From the NCBI GenBank assembly GCA_963765495.1, contig CAVXWP010000001.1, forward strand, positions 352,001 through 416,000: a stretch of DNA of 64,000 bases, written 5' to 3'. Positions 19,651 to 30,179 of the stretch are shown here, piece after piece. Source of the stretch: Blastocatellia bacterium (GTDB taxonomy: Bacteria; Acidobacteriota; Blastocatellia; UBA7656). The stretch's first letter is position 1, and each line of letters opens with the position of its first letter. The position numbers and the translations under genes were made by a program. The notes beneath the pieces are model-generated. The model ran no database searches and was not told where the DNA came from. It saw only the letters and a list, made by a program, of their open reading frames with translations.

Positions 19651-20436
19651 TCACTGCCCTGATGGTTTAGTGAATTTCGCATCATCAATAGGCACGTTAT
19701 GCTTGACCTCTTCGACCTTGATATCTATGTCGAAAGAAGGTGTTGACTGTTTCATGGAGAACGGTATCTTGATGCCGTCCACATCCCTGTAATCACTCAT
19801 ATATGCGTGAATGTTTGCCGTGCCCTGAGGAGTTATCCGCACGGAATCAGCACGCACAAGCAGGCCGGTTTGCGTATCGAAATACCACTTTTCAGGGCTG
19901 GCTCCTTCGGGAGTGGCTTCAACTATGTAGACTTCGCGCTCACCAAATTTCTCTTTCCCCTTGAACTCCATTTTGGGATAGAGTTCTTTTAACCTGAGGT
20001 TCTTGAAGAGCTGCGAGTCGATCTTTGTGCTGGCGAGTTCCTCGCCCTCTTTTTCACGAAGCCCGGATTGTGGGTCCTGTGCCCAGGCTGTCTTTCCGTC
20101 GTAGCCTTCCTGTATGGTGCCGTAGCCGGAGACATCAATTACAGCCAGGTTCTTGTCGGGGGCTTTCTCGTAAATCTCTACGGTTCCGCTGGCACCATAA
20201 GCCGCTATCTCGAAAGACCCTTTTGTCACGCGGCTGGTATACTTTTCGATAGCGGCTTTGCCGCCCAGTGCTTCCACATACTTGTTGAGAATCTGATCAA
20301 CGGTCGGAGCAGTGTCGGTCGCCTTCTGAGCGCCCGCTTGCTTCATACCCGTATCTTGTTTGGCCTCCTGCGCGAAGGCGGAAATGGTCGCAAGCGCGAC
20401 AAGCAGAATTACAATCAGCGTCTTTTTCATAAGCAT
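19651..20436 (-). CDS. Secreted LolA-like/outer-membrane lipoprotein-sorting family protein
   Basis: Signal peptide; ILNKYVEALGG, GYDGKTAW, YFDTQTGLL, SDYRDVDGIKIPF, IDDAKF. Confidence 0.75.
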   Translation of the reverse strand: MLMKKTLIVILLVALATISAFAQEAKQDTGMKQAGAQKATDTAPTVDQILNKYVEALGGKAAIEKYTSRVTKGSFEIAAYGASGTVEIYEKAPDKNLAVIDVSGYGTIQEGYDGKTAWAQDPQSGLREKEGEELASTKIDSQLFKNLRLKELYPKMEFKGKEKFGEREVYIVEATPEGASPEKWYFDTQTGLLVRADSVRITPQGTANIHAYMSDYRDVDGIKIPFSMKQSTPSFDIDIKVEEVKHNVPIDDAKFTKPSGQ

Positions 20437-20616
20437 GTCCTTTCCAGATATCGTCTCTTATCACCTTTGATTGCTAAAGATTTTCGGTCTTTAACTGTCA
20501 GGATAGATCATCTTGTACGAGCATATTCTGAATCAGGTTCTCTGTTCAGGCGAATTGCCTGACGATAAGTTTATCGCACCATCTGACATGCAAACAAGAA
20601 ATATGTTTTCTGGAAA

Positions 20617-21324
20617 TTAGATGGAGGAGTTGGATTGTATCAATCGCTCGATGCCCGCTGCGATTGCCTGAGCCATGCGAAGCTGGCCCGATTCGGATTT
20701 GATAAACTCGGCGTCCCTCTTATTGCTTAAGACAACCATCTCGATTGTGACCACGGGGACTTCGGAAAAGATCGAACCTGTGAGCGCGCCCTGTCGCGAG
20801 CCTACAAAGGTTGCGGAATCGCCTCGCACACCACCGTCTTTGAGCGTGTCTTGAAGATTGCTGCTCATCGCTTCGTGCAGAACAAGGGCTGCCCGGTGGC
20901 TGCGGTCTATCACTTCGGGCGAGGGGCCGGTGACGTTTTGCGTCTTTCCCTGTCTGTCGGGATAGTAGAGCGCGAACCCGCTATCGGTGCTCGCGTCACA
21001 ATGGAGTCGGACCATCGCGACCGCGTTTGCTCGATTGGCGATCACAGCGCGGTCGCGGTTTGTAACCAATTCATTCTCAGCCGATTTGGTCATGACCACG
21101 GAGATGCCTTTAGCTTCAAGCAGCGCCCGTAATTTCAGGGCTACAAGCCAGTTGATGTGGACCTCGGTAGTGCCGTTTTGCACTACTTTTCCGCTGCTGG
21201 TTTCAGAGGGGTGGCCGGGGTCTATGCATACGAATGGTTGGGAACTTACCGCTACGTGGCCCGGGGTCGAACACGCAAACAGCAATACGCACAGAAGCGC
21301 GGCCGATACGATTTTCATTATCAT
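20617..21324 (-). CDS. N-acetylmuramoyl-L-alanine amidase (Amidase_3), lipoprotein
   Basis: IDPGH, E, RLHCDA, TIEM motifs; lipobox LFAC; GGAGGA RBS upstream of ATG 21324. Confidence 0.88.
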   Translation of the reverse strand: MIMKIVSAALLCVLLFACSTPGHVAVSSQPFVCIDPGHPSETSSGKVVQNGTTEVHINWLVALKLRALLEAKGISVVMTKSAENELVTNRDRAVIANRANAVAMVRLHCDASTDSGFALYYPDRQGKTQNVTGPSPEVIDRSHRAALVLHEAMSSNLQDTLKDGGVRGDSATFVGSRQGALTGSIFSEVPVVTIEMVVLSNKRDAEFIKSESGQLRMAQAIAAGIERLIQSNSSI

Positions 21325-21408
21325 TGATGGCTTATTCCTCCGCTCCAACTGGTTGTTAAGCTCTTCGGCACCGATTAAACTATAGCTTATGTCTACGAGG
21401 AAGAAAAA

Positions 21409-24400
21409 ATGACAACAACCCAGCCTACTACCCAGACAGAACTCGATGATCTCATAGCCGACGAGTTTGGCGTCAACGCCAGCTATGTCGGCAGCCTGCT
21501 TCAGCAATTCAAGAAAAACCCCGCGTCGGTCAACGAAGAGTGGAGGAAATATTTCCGCGAGCTTTTAAGTCAGAACGGCGTGGTTCTTGAACCTGTTGAG
21601 CCCGAAAAGAATGCCGCTGCCAGGCAGCCTCAAACGCAACCTTCGCAGCAATCCGCGCCCGCGCAAACGCAGGAGCCTGCTCCGCAGACACAGCAAGCAG
21701 GTGCGCCAAAGGCCGCGCCAAAAGCGGCCCCTGCGTCTCAACCGGCTGCCCTCGCGCCCAAGCAGGCGGAGCGGATACCGATTCGCGGCCCGGCGCTCAA
21801 AATCGCCGAGAACATGGAGACCAGTCTCCTGGTCCCTACGGCCACTTCACAGCGGGAAATTCCGATCAAGCTGCTGGATGAAAATCGGCGGCTCATAAAC
21901 GAGCACCTCAAGACGAGAGGCCGCAAGGTCTCTTACACTCATCTGATAGCCCGCGCCATCATCAAGGCGCTTGAGAGCTTTCCTCAACTCAACGATTCAT
22001 ATGAAGAGGTGGAGGGGAAAGCTCACCGCGTCCGGCGCGAGGGTGTGAATCTGGGAATCGCTATTGATGTCGCTCGAAAGGACGGGTCTCGCTCGCTTCT
22101 GGTGCCGAGCATCAAGGGCGCAGATCGCATGAGTTTTTCAGAGTTTCTCGATGCCTATAACGACACTGTCGAACGCGCTCGCACGAGCAAGCTCCAGATC
22201 GAAGATTTTCTGGGCACGACAATCAGCCTGACCAATCCCGGCACTATCGGCACTACGGCATCCAACCCGCGACTTATGGCCGGGCAGGGATTGATCGTAG
22301 CCACCGGAGCCATCGAGTTTCCGCCCGAATATCAGGCGATGGCCCCCGAAACGCTTTCGCGTCTGGGCATAAGCAAGGTGATGACGCTCACAAGCACCTA
22401 TGATCACCGCATCATACAGGGGGCAGAATCGGGCGCGTTCCTCGGGCTGCTGGACGAGATGCTCAGAGGCAAGCACGATTTTTATGACGAGATATTCTCA
22501 GACCTCGGGATATATTTCAGACCCTATCGCTGGGCGATTGACCTGAACCCGGCGATACTCGGAGAAGAGCGCCGCCGTGACGAAGTAAGCAAACAGGCTC
22601 GCGTTCTGCAACTGATAAACTCTTATCGGGTGCGCGGCCATCTGATCGCAGACATTGACCCGCTCGGATGGAAAGAGGTTCAGTACCACCCGGAGCTTGA
22701 CATAGAGACTTACGGGCTGACGATATGGGACCTCGACCGCGAATTTATCACAGGGGGGCTGGGCGGAACGGAATCTGCCACCCTGCGCGAGATAGTAGCC
22801 CGATTGCGGCGTTACTATTGCGGCAAGGTCGGCGTCGAATACCGCAACATCTCAGGCCCGGAAGAGAAGGAATGGATTCGCGCGCGAGTCGAAAGAGAGC
22901 AGCCCCCGGTCCCGGTTGAAGTAAAGCAACAGATTTTATGGAAGCTGATTTCGGCCGAATCGTTTGAAAGATTTCTCGGGACAAAATACCTCGGCCAGAA
23001 GCGTTTCTCAATCGAAGGCAACGAAACCGTGATCGCTTTGCTCGATCAGTTGATCGAAAGCTCTGCCCGCCGCTACATCACAGACATAACCATAGGCATG
23101 GCGCATCGCGGTCGCCTGAACGTAATCGCCAACGTCATAGGCAAATTCTGCGAACGGATATTCACAAGCTTTGAAGGCTCGATACATCCTCGTTTCCCTC
23201 ACGATCAGGGCGACGTTAAGTACCACCAGGGCGCGAGCGGTGCGCGAGAAACCGCCGACGGCCGACAGGTATTGCTCGCGGTGGCGTCGAATCCGAGCCA
23301 TCTGGAATTCGTAGACCCGGTGGTCGAAGGGATGGTGCGGGCCAAGCAGGATAAAAGCGACGACCGCGACTCTTTGCTCGCCGTCCTGCTTCACGGTGAC
23401 GCGGCCTTCGCCGGTGAAGGAGTCGTGGCCGAGACCTTGAACCTCATGCAACTGCCGGGTTACAGCACGGGCGGCACGATTCATATAATTTCAAACAATC
23501 AATTGGGGTTTACGACTCCGCCCGAAGAGGGCCGCTCCTCGACCTACAGCACAGACATCGCAAAGATGATTCAGGTGCCGATCTTTCACGTAAACAGCGA
23601 CGACCCGGAGGCGGCTTACAACGTACTCGAAACCGCGCTCGATTATCGACAGAAATTCGGCAAGGACGTGGTGATCGACGTTATAGGCTTTCGACGTCAG
23701 GGGCACAACGAAGGCGACGAACCCACCTATACGCAGCCGGTTATGTACAAGCGCATACGCGAGCATCCGGGAGTGCGGGCGCTCTATGCGCGAAAGATCA
23801 TAAGCGAAGGCGTGATGGATGAACCGGCGGTCGAGGCTCTGGTGCAGGAGCGCATCCGCCGTTATGAAAACGCTCTGCTCGGCGCGAAAGAAATCGTGGC
23901 AAAGGCAGGCACACAACCCGAAATCCCGCCTGAAATCGAAGAGCCAGAACGGCTCGACATACCCGACACGGGTGTGGATCAGGTTACGCTCCGCACCATC
24001 GCTCAGGGGATTACGGCGGTGCCGCAGGGGTTCAATCTGAACCCAAAAATAGTAGGTCTGCTTGCGCGCCGGGCAAAGATGGTCGAAGGCAGCGCGCCGG
24101 TTGACTGGGCTACGGCTGAGGCGCTCGCGCTCGGTTCGTTACTGATAGAAGGGACCACCATAAGAATCACCGGGCAGGACACCGTGCGCGGCACTTTCAG
24201 CCAGCGCCACGCCTCCTTTACCGATATTCAGACGGGTGAAGAGTGGGTGCCGCTGACCACACTTGCATCAGAGGGTTCGCAGTTTCAGATATACGACAGC
24301 CCGCTATCGGAGACCGGGGCGCTTGGTTTCGAATACGGCTACAGCATCACATCGCCGGATGCGCTGGTTTTGTGGGAGGCTCAGTTTGGCGATTTCGCCA

Positions 24401-25137
24401 ACGCCGCGCAGGTGATCATAGACCAGTTTATCTCTGCGGGCGAAGAGAAATGGAATCAGAAGAGCCGCATAGCTCTGCTCTTGCCGCATGGGTATGAAGG
24501 GCAGGGGCCGGAGCATTCAAGCGCGCGGCTTGAGCGATACCTGCAACTCTGCGCCGAAGACAACATGCAGGTAGTCAATTGCACAAACGCCGCGCAGTAT
24601 TTTCACCTGCTGCGCCGTCAGGCAAGACAGGAATCGAGCAAACCGCTGATAATCATGACGCCCAAGAGCTTGCTCAGGCTTCCCGAAGCGGCTTCACCCA
24701 TCGAGCAATTCACAAGCGGCGGGTTTTTGCCCGTACTTCCAGACGATCAGGTGAAGAACGCGACGACAGTCGAGCGCGTGCTGTTGTGCAGCGGCAAGGT
24801 CTATTACGACCTGATTGCCGAGCGCGAGAAACTCGGCGATGAACGTACGGCCATCCTGCGTGTCGAGCAGTTCTATCCGTTTCCAAAGACGCGATTGCCA
24901 AAACAGATAAACCAGTATCCGAACGCGAAAGAGGTTCGATGGGTTCAGGAAGAGCCAAAGAACATGGGCGCGTGGATCTTCATGCAATCGCATCTTCAGG
25001 AATTGCTCGCGCCTGATCAAAAGCTTATCTACGTCGGACGCGCGCCAAGCGCAAGCACCGCCACGGGCTCGCACACCATACACCAGATGGAGCAGCGGAA
25101 GCTTGTGAAGGGAGCTTTTGATAATCGTGAAGCGTGA
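21409..25137 (+). CDS. sucA: Multifunctional 2-oxoglutarate decarboxylase/dehydrogenase, Kgd/OdhA-type (E2-like acyltransferase fused to E1)
   Basis: LTNPG and YDHRIIQGAESG (E2-like); GMAHRGRLN, HGDAAF (ThDP), WEAQFGDF, PHGYEGQGPEHSS; 1242 aa. Confidence 0.95.
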   Translation: MTTTQPTTQTELDDLIADEFGVNASYVGSLLQQFKKNPASVNEEWRKYFRELLSQNGVVLEPVEPEKNAAARQPQTQPSQQSAPAQTQEPAPQTQQAGAPKAAPKAAPASQPAALAPKQAERIPIRGPALKIAENMETSLLVPTATSQREIPIKLLDENRRLINEHLKTRGRKVSYTHLIARAIIKALESFPQLNDSYEEVEGKAHRVRREGVNLGIAIDVARKDGSRSLLVPSIKGADRMSFSEFLDAYNDTVERARTSKLQIEDFLGTTISLTNPGTIGTTASNPRLMAGQGLIVATGAIEFPPEYQAMAPETLSRLGISKVMTLTSTYDHRIIQGAESGAFLGLLDEMLRGKHDFYDEIFSDLGIYFRPYRWAIDLNPAILGEERRRDEVSKQARVLQLINSYRVRGHLIADIDPLGWKEVQYHPELDIETYGLTIWDLDREFITGGLGGTESATLREIVARLRRYYCGKVGVEYRNISGPEEKEWIRARVEREQPPVPVEVKQQILWKLISAESFERFLGTKYLGQKRFSIEGNETVIALLDQLIESSARRYITDITIGMAHRGRLNVIANVIGKFCERIFTSFEGSIHPRFPHDQGDVKYHQGASGARETADGRQVLLAVASNPSHLEFVDPVVEGMVRAKQDKSDDRDSLLAVLLHGDAAFAGEGVVAETLNLMQLPGYSTGGTIHIISNNQLGFTTPPEEGRSSTYSTDIAKMIQVPIFHVNSDDPEAAYNVLETALDYRQKFGKDVVIDVIGFRRQGHNEGDEPTYTQPVMYKRIREHPGVRALYARKIISEGVMDEPAVEALVQERIRRYENALLGAKEIVAKAGTQPEIPPEIEEPERLDIPDTGVDQVTLRTIAQGITAVPQGFNLNPKIVGLLARRAKMVEGSAPVDWATAEALALGSLLIEGTTIRITGQDTVRGTFSQRHASFTDIQTGEEWVPLTTLASEGSQFQIYDSPLSETGALGFEYGYSITSPDALVLWEAQFGDFANAAQVIIDQFISAGEEKWNQKSRIALLLPHGYEGQGPEHSSARLERYLQLCAEDNMQVVNCTNAAQYFHLLRRQARQESSKPLIIMTPKSLLRLPEAASPIEQFTSGGFLPVLPDDQVKNATTVERVLLCSGKVYYDLIAEREKLGDERTAILRVEQFYPFPKTRLPKQINQYPNAKEVRWVQEEPKNMGAWIFMQSHLQELLAPDQKLIYVGRAPSASTATGSHTIHQMEQRKLVKGAFDNREA

Positions 25138-25211
25138 AGCGTGAAGCGTGACTTTCAAGGCAGCCTGCCTGTTAAAGACAACTTGCAGTAAATCACGCAT
25201 CACGCATCACG
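25126..25211. repeat. Family A heptamer element between convergent sucA and cca
   Basis: (cgtgaag)x3 cgtgac ... aatcacgcatcacgcatcacg; contains both stop codons. Confidence 0.8.
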
Positions 25212-26561
25212 ACCATAATTTTCGGCGGCGGCTAATGCCTCTTCAAGCGTTGTAAGCTTCCCGTCAAGTTGAAGCTCGTATACGTGGCGAAGTATTTCGC
25301 CTATGCGCGGACCGGGCTCGAAACCGGCTGCGATCAGATGTCGCCCTTTGAGCAAAGGCGCGGGCGCGTGATGCTCTACTCCCAGTTGTCGCGCCCTTTC
25401 GATAAACCAGTCTGCCGCTTCTACGCCTGATATAGAATCGCAACCAGCCGCGCAAGCCTTTGCCACACGATAGAGCAGGTCTAATTCGACCTTTATGGAC
25501 AGCCGCCGAAACGCTCCATCCGAGGCGCGCTCGCGGTCTTTGAAGAGGCGAACGGGTTTTTGATGCTCGCTCGTGAGCGCGAGGACTTGCGTCCGCACGT
25601 CGTAGCTGGAAATGGTTTGAATCCCAAGCGTGTCGAGCGTCGCCCGTGCCGCGTCGCCGAGCGCGTGGCAGAGCGTTGCAAGCATAACCGTGATGCGTTT
25701 CTCTTTTGGCAGATCGCGCGAAAGCATTGCGGCCTCATCCAAACTGAGCTTTGTGTGAGTGAATAAATCGCCCTCTGCGCCACATTCATTCGGTTGCGGG
25801 CGAGAAGTGAGCGCGCCAATCTCGGGAAAGAGTTTGTCGAGCACCCCCAGTTCGAGCGCCGCCTGAAACCCGATTGAAGGCTTACGGGCGAGCATCAGCA
25901 ATTTTTCTATCTCGCCCCAGATGCGTTCACGGGGCAAATCCGACAGATTTACCTCCCGGCACAACTCAATCGTCGCGGGATCAATAGTCATCTCAAAGCG
26001 GGCCGCAAGCTGTGCCCCGCGCAATACTCGCAAACTGTCTTCGACGAATGTGTCGGCGGCAACCACACGCAGCACCCGCCGGTTGAGGTCTTCGATCCCG
26101 TTGTAGGGGTCTACGTACTCAAGCGCAAGCGGATCAAAGAGGATGGCGTTAACTGTGAAGTCGCGCCGCCGCGCTGCCTCTTCAAAGCTCATCATCGGAT
26201 CGCCTTCGATGACAAAGCCCCGATGCCCCTGACCCGATTTCGACTCGCGGCGCGGGATGGATACGTCTATCTCAAAGCGATCTTCACTCTCGGATTTGAG
26301 ATTTGAGATTTGAGATTCAGGGCGTCGGTTCGGGCGATAAAAGGCCAGTTTGTAAACCGCGAAATGCTCGCCTACGGTGTTAACCTTGCCGAGTGATTCA
26401 AGCACATTTCGGAGGCGGGCAGGCTCGATTCGGTAGGCTTCTATGTCAAAGTCTTTCGACTCTATTCCGAGAAGATGATCGCGTACCCATCCGCCTACGA
26501 GCATCGCCCGCCCGCCTGCCTCGCGCACAGCTTCGCATATCTTCAACACCTGTGAATCCAT
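25200..26561 (-). CDS. cca: CCA tRNA nucleotidyltransferase (class II)
   Basis: VGGWVRD...DFDIE, RRDFTVNA, EDSLRVLR, ERIWGE, PGPRIG. Confidence 0.9.
   Translation of the reverse strand: MDSQVLKICEAVREAGGRAMLVGGWVRDHLLGIESKDFDIEAYRIEPARLRNVLESLGKVNTVGEHFAVYKLAFYRPNRRPESQISNLKSESEDRFEIDVSIPRRESKSGQGHRGFVIEGDPMMSFEEAARRRDFTVNAILFDPLALEYVDPYNGIEDLNRRVLRVVAADTFVEDSLRVLRGAQLAARFEMTIDPATIELCREVNLSDLPRERIWGEIEKLLMLARKPSIGFQAALELGVLDKLFPEIGALTSRPQPNECGAEGDLFTHTKLSLDEAAMLSRDLPKEKRITVMLATLCHALGDAARATLDTLGIQTISSYDVRTQVLALTSEHQKPVRLFKDRERASDGAFRRLSIKVELDLLYRVAKACAAGCDSISGVEAADWFIERARQLGVEHHAPAPLLKGRHLIAAGFEPGPRIGEILRHVYELQLDGKLTTLEEALAAAENYGRDA
26293..26318. repeat. Family C heptamer array embedded in-frame in cca
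   Basis: gatttgagatttgagatttgagattc, encoding ESQISNLKS on the minus strand. Confidence 0.7.
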
Positions 26562-26615
26562 CGTGTCAAAGATAGCGCGCTCTCAGACGATGTGAAAAGG
26601 CGAAGTGCCGCCGAA

Positions 26616-27119
26616 TTATTTGGCGAACGAGCGAATATGAGCGACAAGCGCTTTGATTTCGGCTTCGCTCAATACAGACCCGTAAGGCGGCATGGTCGGG
26701 CTCTTGCCCTGTTTGATCGCCTGAATCATCTGAGCCTCGCTATTTTCTTTTTGCCATTGCGGGTCGGTGAAATTGGGCGCCTCCTTGGCTCTGCCTTTGC
26801 CGTCGGGGCCGTGACAGGTTACGCACCTTTGCACATTGTATATAGTTACGACATCAGCGCCAGTGAGAGTCTTCTCGCCATCATCCTTGCCTTGATCTTT
26901 CTGGGCGCCCCCCTCGGAGGAGGCTGCGGGGTCTGTTTCTGAACTCTTATTGGCATCAGTCTGAATGGAGGAATTGTCGCCCGTCGAGGTTGAATTAGTA
27001 TTAGCGGGCGGCACCGAAACGCTCTGACTCTCGTTCCGGTTTATCGTTTCGGGACTGCTGCAGGAGAGAAAAAAAAGACTCGATAGCATCAATACCAATA
27101 TCGTCTTGAGTGACTTCAT
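26616..27119 (-). CDS. Monoheme cytochrome c lipoprotein
   Basis: Lipobox FLSC, Ser/Thr-rich linker, CVTCH heme motif, distal MPPY. Confidence 0.88.
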   Translation of the reverse strand: MKSLKTILVLMLSSLFFLSCSSPETINRNESQSVSVPPANTNSTSTGDNSSIQTDANKSSETDPAASSEGGAQKDQGKDDGEKTLTGADVVTIYNVQRCVTCHGPDGKGRAKEAPNFTDPQWQKENSEAQMIQAIKQGKSPTMPPYGSVLSEAEIKALVAHIRSFAK

Positions 27120-27164
27120 GCACGGTCTCCCTTCAATGGGCATGATCGGTGTAGATTGATTATT

Positions 27165-27192
27165 GGCCGGATTCCGAGATTTAGAATCCGGC
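27165..27192 (-). terminator. Hairpin downstream of glyQS
   Basis: ggccggattc ... gaatccggcc. Confidence 0.5.
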
Positions 27193-27203
27193 CCCGGGTG
27201 TCA

Positions 27204-28601
27204 TTACAGGGCGATGGACAGGCCAAGTTTCTTCCCAATTATTGATTCGATCTCGATTACGGGTATGCGCTCTTGCTCCATCGTGTCGCGGTCTCGAACC
27301 GTGACCTGATTGTCTTCAAGCGACTGATGATCTACCGTCACGCACAGGGGCGTGCCGACTTCATCCTGACGGCGATAGAGCTTTCCAATCCCTGCCGTGT
27401 CGTCGTAAACCGCGCGCATAGCGCCCGTGCGCTGCAATCGGGCCTTGATCTCTTTGGCGAGCGAGACTATCCCCTCTTTGTTGCGCGCAAGCGGAAGCAC
27501 AGCCACTTTGATCGGGGCCAGATCGCGGTGGAGCTTCAGAACCACCCGCTTGTCGTCTCGCACGGCTTCTTCCTGATAAGCATCCATCAGAAAGGCGAGA
27601 AACGAGCGGCCTACGCCGGCCGAGGGCTCGATCACGTAGGGAAATACATGCTTGTTTGTCTGATGATCGAAGTAGGTGAGATCGGAGGTTGAATCAGGGT
27701 TGAGCCGGTTGCCTTCGGCGTCAACAGATTTTTTCGAGTGGGCTCTCAGATCAAAGTCCCTGCGATTGGCTATGCCTTCAAGCTCGTCCCACTGTTTCTC
27801 TTCATCTTCGCGGTCGGGGAAGAAGCGATATTGCAGGTCCACGGTTCGCTTTGCATAGTGGGCAAGCTCTTCGGGCGGCTGCTCGTAGCGTCGGAGGTTT
27901 TCGGCGCGAAGCCCGAGCGAGATATACCAGTTATATCGGTCTTCGATCCATCGCTCGTGCCACTGTTCGTCGTTCAGGTCGCCGGGTTGCAGGATGTCGG
28001 GCGGCTTGACGAAATATTCGATCTCCATCTGTTCGAACTCTCGCGTGCGAAAGACGAAATTGCCGGGCGTGATTTCGTTGCGAAACGCCTTGCCCGCCTG
28101 AGCTATTCCGAAGGGCAGCTTGCGATTAGTCGAATCCATGACGTTTTTGAAATTGACGAATATTCCCTGCGCCGTCTCCGGCCTCAGATAAGCGAGCCCC
28201 GACTCATCTTCGACCGGCCCAACCGTTGTACGAAACATCAGATTGAACTGGCGCGGCTCGGTCAGGTCAGTAGAGTTGCACACTGGGCATTTGTCGCCTA
28301 TCTTGTCGGCCCGCAACCGGGACTTGCACTTGCGGCAGTCGACGAGCGGGTCAGAAAATGTCTCTTCGTGACCTGAGTATTTCCACACAAGCCTGTTCAT
28401 AAGCAGCCCGGCGTCGAGCCCTACCATGTCGTCGCGCTCATAGACGACCGCGCGCCACCACGCGCGCATGATGTTGTTCTTCAATTCGACGCCGAGCGGG
28501 CCGTAATCCCAGACCGACCCGAGGCCGCCATAAATTTCGCTTGATTGAAAAGCGAAGCCGCGCCGCTTGGCCAGGCTCGCTATAGTCTCTATGTCTGCCA
28601 T
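27204..28601 (-). CDS. glyQS: Glycine--tRNA ligase, alpha2 type
   Basis: YGG...[48 protein letters not shown]; start MADIETI at 28601. Confidence 0.95.
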   Translation of the reverse strand: MADIETIASLAKRRGFAFQSSEIYGGLGSVWDYGPLGVELKNNIMRAWWRAVVYERDDMVGLDAGLLMNRLVWKYSGHEETFSDPLVDCRKCKSRLRADKIGDKCPVCNSTDLTEPRQFNLMFRTTVGPVEDESGLAYLRPETAQGIFVNFKNVMDSTNRKLPFGIAQAGKAFRNEITPGNFVFRTREFEQMEIEYFVKPPDILQPGDLNDEQWHERWIEDRYNWYISLGLRAENLRRYEQPPEELAHYAKRTVDLQYRFFPDREDEEKQWDELEGIANRRDFDLRAHSKKSVDAEGNRLNPDSTSDLTYFDHQTNKHVFPYVIEPSAGVGRSFLAFLMDAYQEEAVRDDKRVVLKLHRDLAPIKVAVLPLARNKEGIVSLAKEIKARLQRTGAMRAVYDDTAGIGKLYRRQDEVGTPLCVTVDHQSLEDNQVTVRDRDTMEQERIPVIEIESIIGKKLGLSIAL

Positions 28602-28808
28602 TCTAGTTTCGTTCCTTACCCCCATGCCAAAGATTGCACTGAAAAGTATCTCTCGTTGAGATAGCAACTATACATCAGAGACGCGGCAAAGTCGAAATCG
28701 AGAGCCCGCGACTCGACGGCTTTTTGCTGTCCGGCTGAATCCGGCCGTCGATTTGGTTGAAGAAAAGTTTGATTACAGCCATATTACTTTTGAAGCGATC
28801 TGATAGTC

Positions 28809-29420
28809 ATGGACATAGTAAAAACCATCTGCCTCTCTTGCAAAGATACGCTCGAATTCCCGCGAGAATTCGATAACGTAATATGCGCCGGTTGCGGGGC
28901 CGCTTATCGCGTGCAGTCTTATCAGGGAGCAATAAACCTCACCCGAATCGAGCGAGAGCCAGGACAAATCAAGGCGACTGAGACGGGAGCAAACGGGGGC
29001 TCGGAGCTTAAAATCGTGGAGATGAGGCTTGCCGAACTCGATGAGTTGATAGCAAACGCAGCGCCGCAACTTGAAGAAGTAAAAGACAAAGAGCAGTCTG
29101 CGCCGCTTCAACTGGGCTGCGCCGTCTTTGGCATTTTCAGCATGGCCATACTGGTCCTGGCCTTTTACGCCACCGTCGCGCACAGTTATTTCGGCGGCTG
29201 GCTGTTTTACCTCACTATTGCGGCGGTCATAGCTCTGGGGCTGATCAGGTTGCGCGGCAAAATCATTGGCTCTGACGAGATCAGACAGCTTCGCGCTCAA
29301 CGCGCCCTTATGCAAGAGGCGCTCACTCAGCTTGAAACCGAACGCAGAGGCGTCGAGCAACTCAAAGAGAGGCTGGAATCAAATGCGCGGGATACGGCTT
29401 CGGATGATGACGACGGCTGA
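28809..29420 (+). CDS. Zinc-ribbon, coiled-coil, two-TM membrane protein
   Basis: CLSC...CAGC at the N-terminus, two hydrophobic helices, C-terminal coiled coil. Confidence 0.7.
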   Translation: MDIVKTICLSCKDTLEFPREFDNVICAGCGAAYRVQSYQGAINLTRIEREPGQIKATETGANGGSELKIVEMRLAELDELIANAAPQLEEVKDKEQSAPLQLGCAVFGIFSMAILVLAFYATVAHSYFGGWLFYLTIAAVIALGLIRLRGKIIGSDEIRQLRAQRALMQEALTQLETERRGVEQLKERLESNARDTASDDDDG

Positions 29421-29499
29421 GGGGAATCAAGCCCCTCAATCGCCCTCCTTTACCCCGTTTCAACCCCTGTAGCCTACCCTTTCAAAGCAGATCGCTTTG

Positions 29500-29528
29500 T
29501 TGACAGATCGCGCTTTTTTCACTATAAT
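29500..29528 (+). promoter_or_regulatory. Consensus sigma70 promoter of marR
   Basis: TTGACA (29500-29505), 17-bp spacer, TATAAT (29523-29528); an AT-rich TTAA-n6-TTAA dyad follows. Confidence 0.85.
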
Positions 29529-29574
29529 GTTTAATGTTACTTAATTATTAATAGAGCTTAAGAGGAGGGAGCTG

Positions 29575-30087
29575 ATGGCGAGACCGACAGAGAAAGAGGC
29601 GGAGGATGTTTTGAACGACTTCGCTGAAAAAATGTTCAAGTTGATGATGGATCATCATCAGTTGCAAATTTCTCGGTTGGACCTGACGATGCCGCAAGCC
29701 CAGGCTCTGAAGGTACTCAGGCAGGGGCCTGTATGCACAGGCGAACTCGCTATGGAGTTGAGCATCTCGGCTCCGGCCGTCAGCCAGTTGACCGACCGGC
29801 TGACGCGGAAACAGCTTATAGTGCGCCGCGCGCATAATAGCGACCGTCGCTCCGTCCTGGTCGCTCTGACCGAAAGAGGCCGCCGCGCAGTAGATCAGGT
29901 GCGCGCGCGCCGACACGAGATATTTTTAGGCGCGCTTGCTTACCTGACCGATGTGGACCGGGAAGAGGTCGTAAGCGCTTTAGGCAAAGTCGTAGCGGCG
30001 CTTGAGCATTTCGAGACCGAGACAGCCTCAAAGCCCGGTAAGGCATCAAACAGGATTAGCCATCCGAGACAGCGGAAACAGGCGTAA
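29575..30087 (+). CDS. MarR-family transcriptional regulator
   Basis: LTMPQ...GELAMELSISAPAVSQLTDRL...DRRSVLVALTERG. Confidence 0.93.
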   Translation: MARPTEKEAEDVLNDFAEKMFKLMMDHHQLQISRLDLTMPQAQALKVLRQGPVCTGELAMELSISAPAVSQLTDRLTRKQLIVRRAHNSDRRSVLVALTERGRRAVDQVRARRHEIFLGALAYLTDVDREEVVSALGKVVAALEHFETETASKPGKASNRISHPRQRKQA

Positions 30088-30179
30088 GATTTTATCGTAA
30101 GTATTTAATAGCGAGAAAAAGAGAATAAGGGGATAAGCAGAAACAGAGCAAGGTAGAGTTTCAGGAGGTAGCAAAAACC

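Noticed and set aside
29420-30170. C-rich and purine-rich degenerate periodic tracts flanking marR
   Set aside because: Too degenerate to show they are inverted arms of one element.
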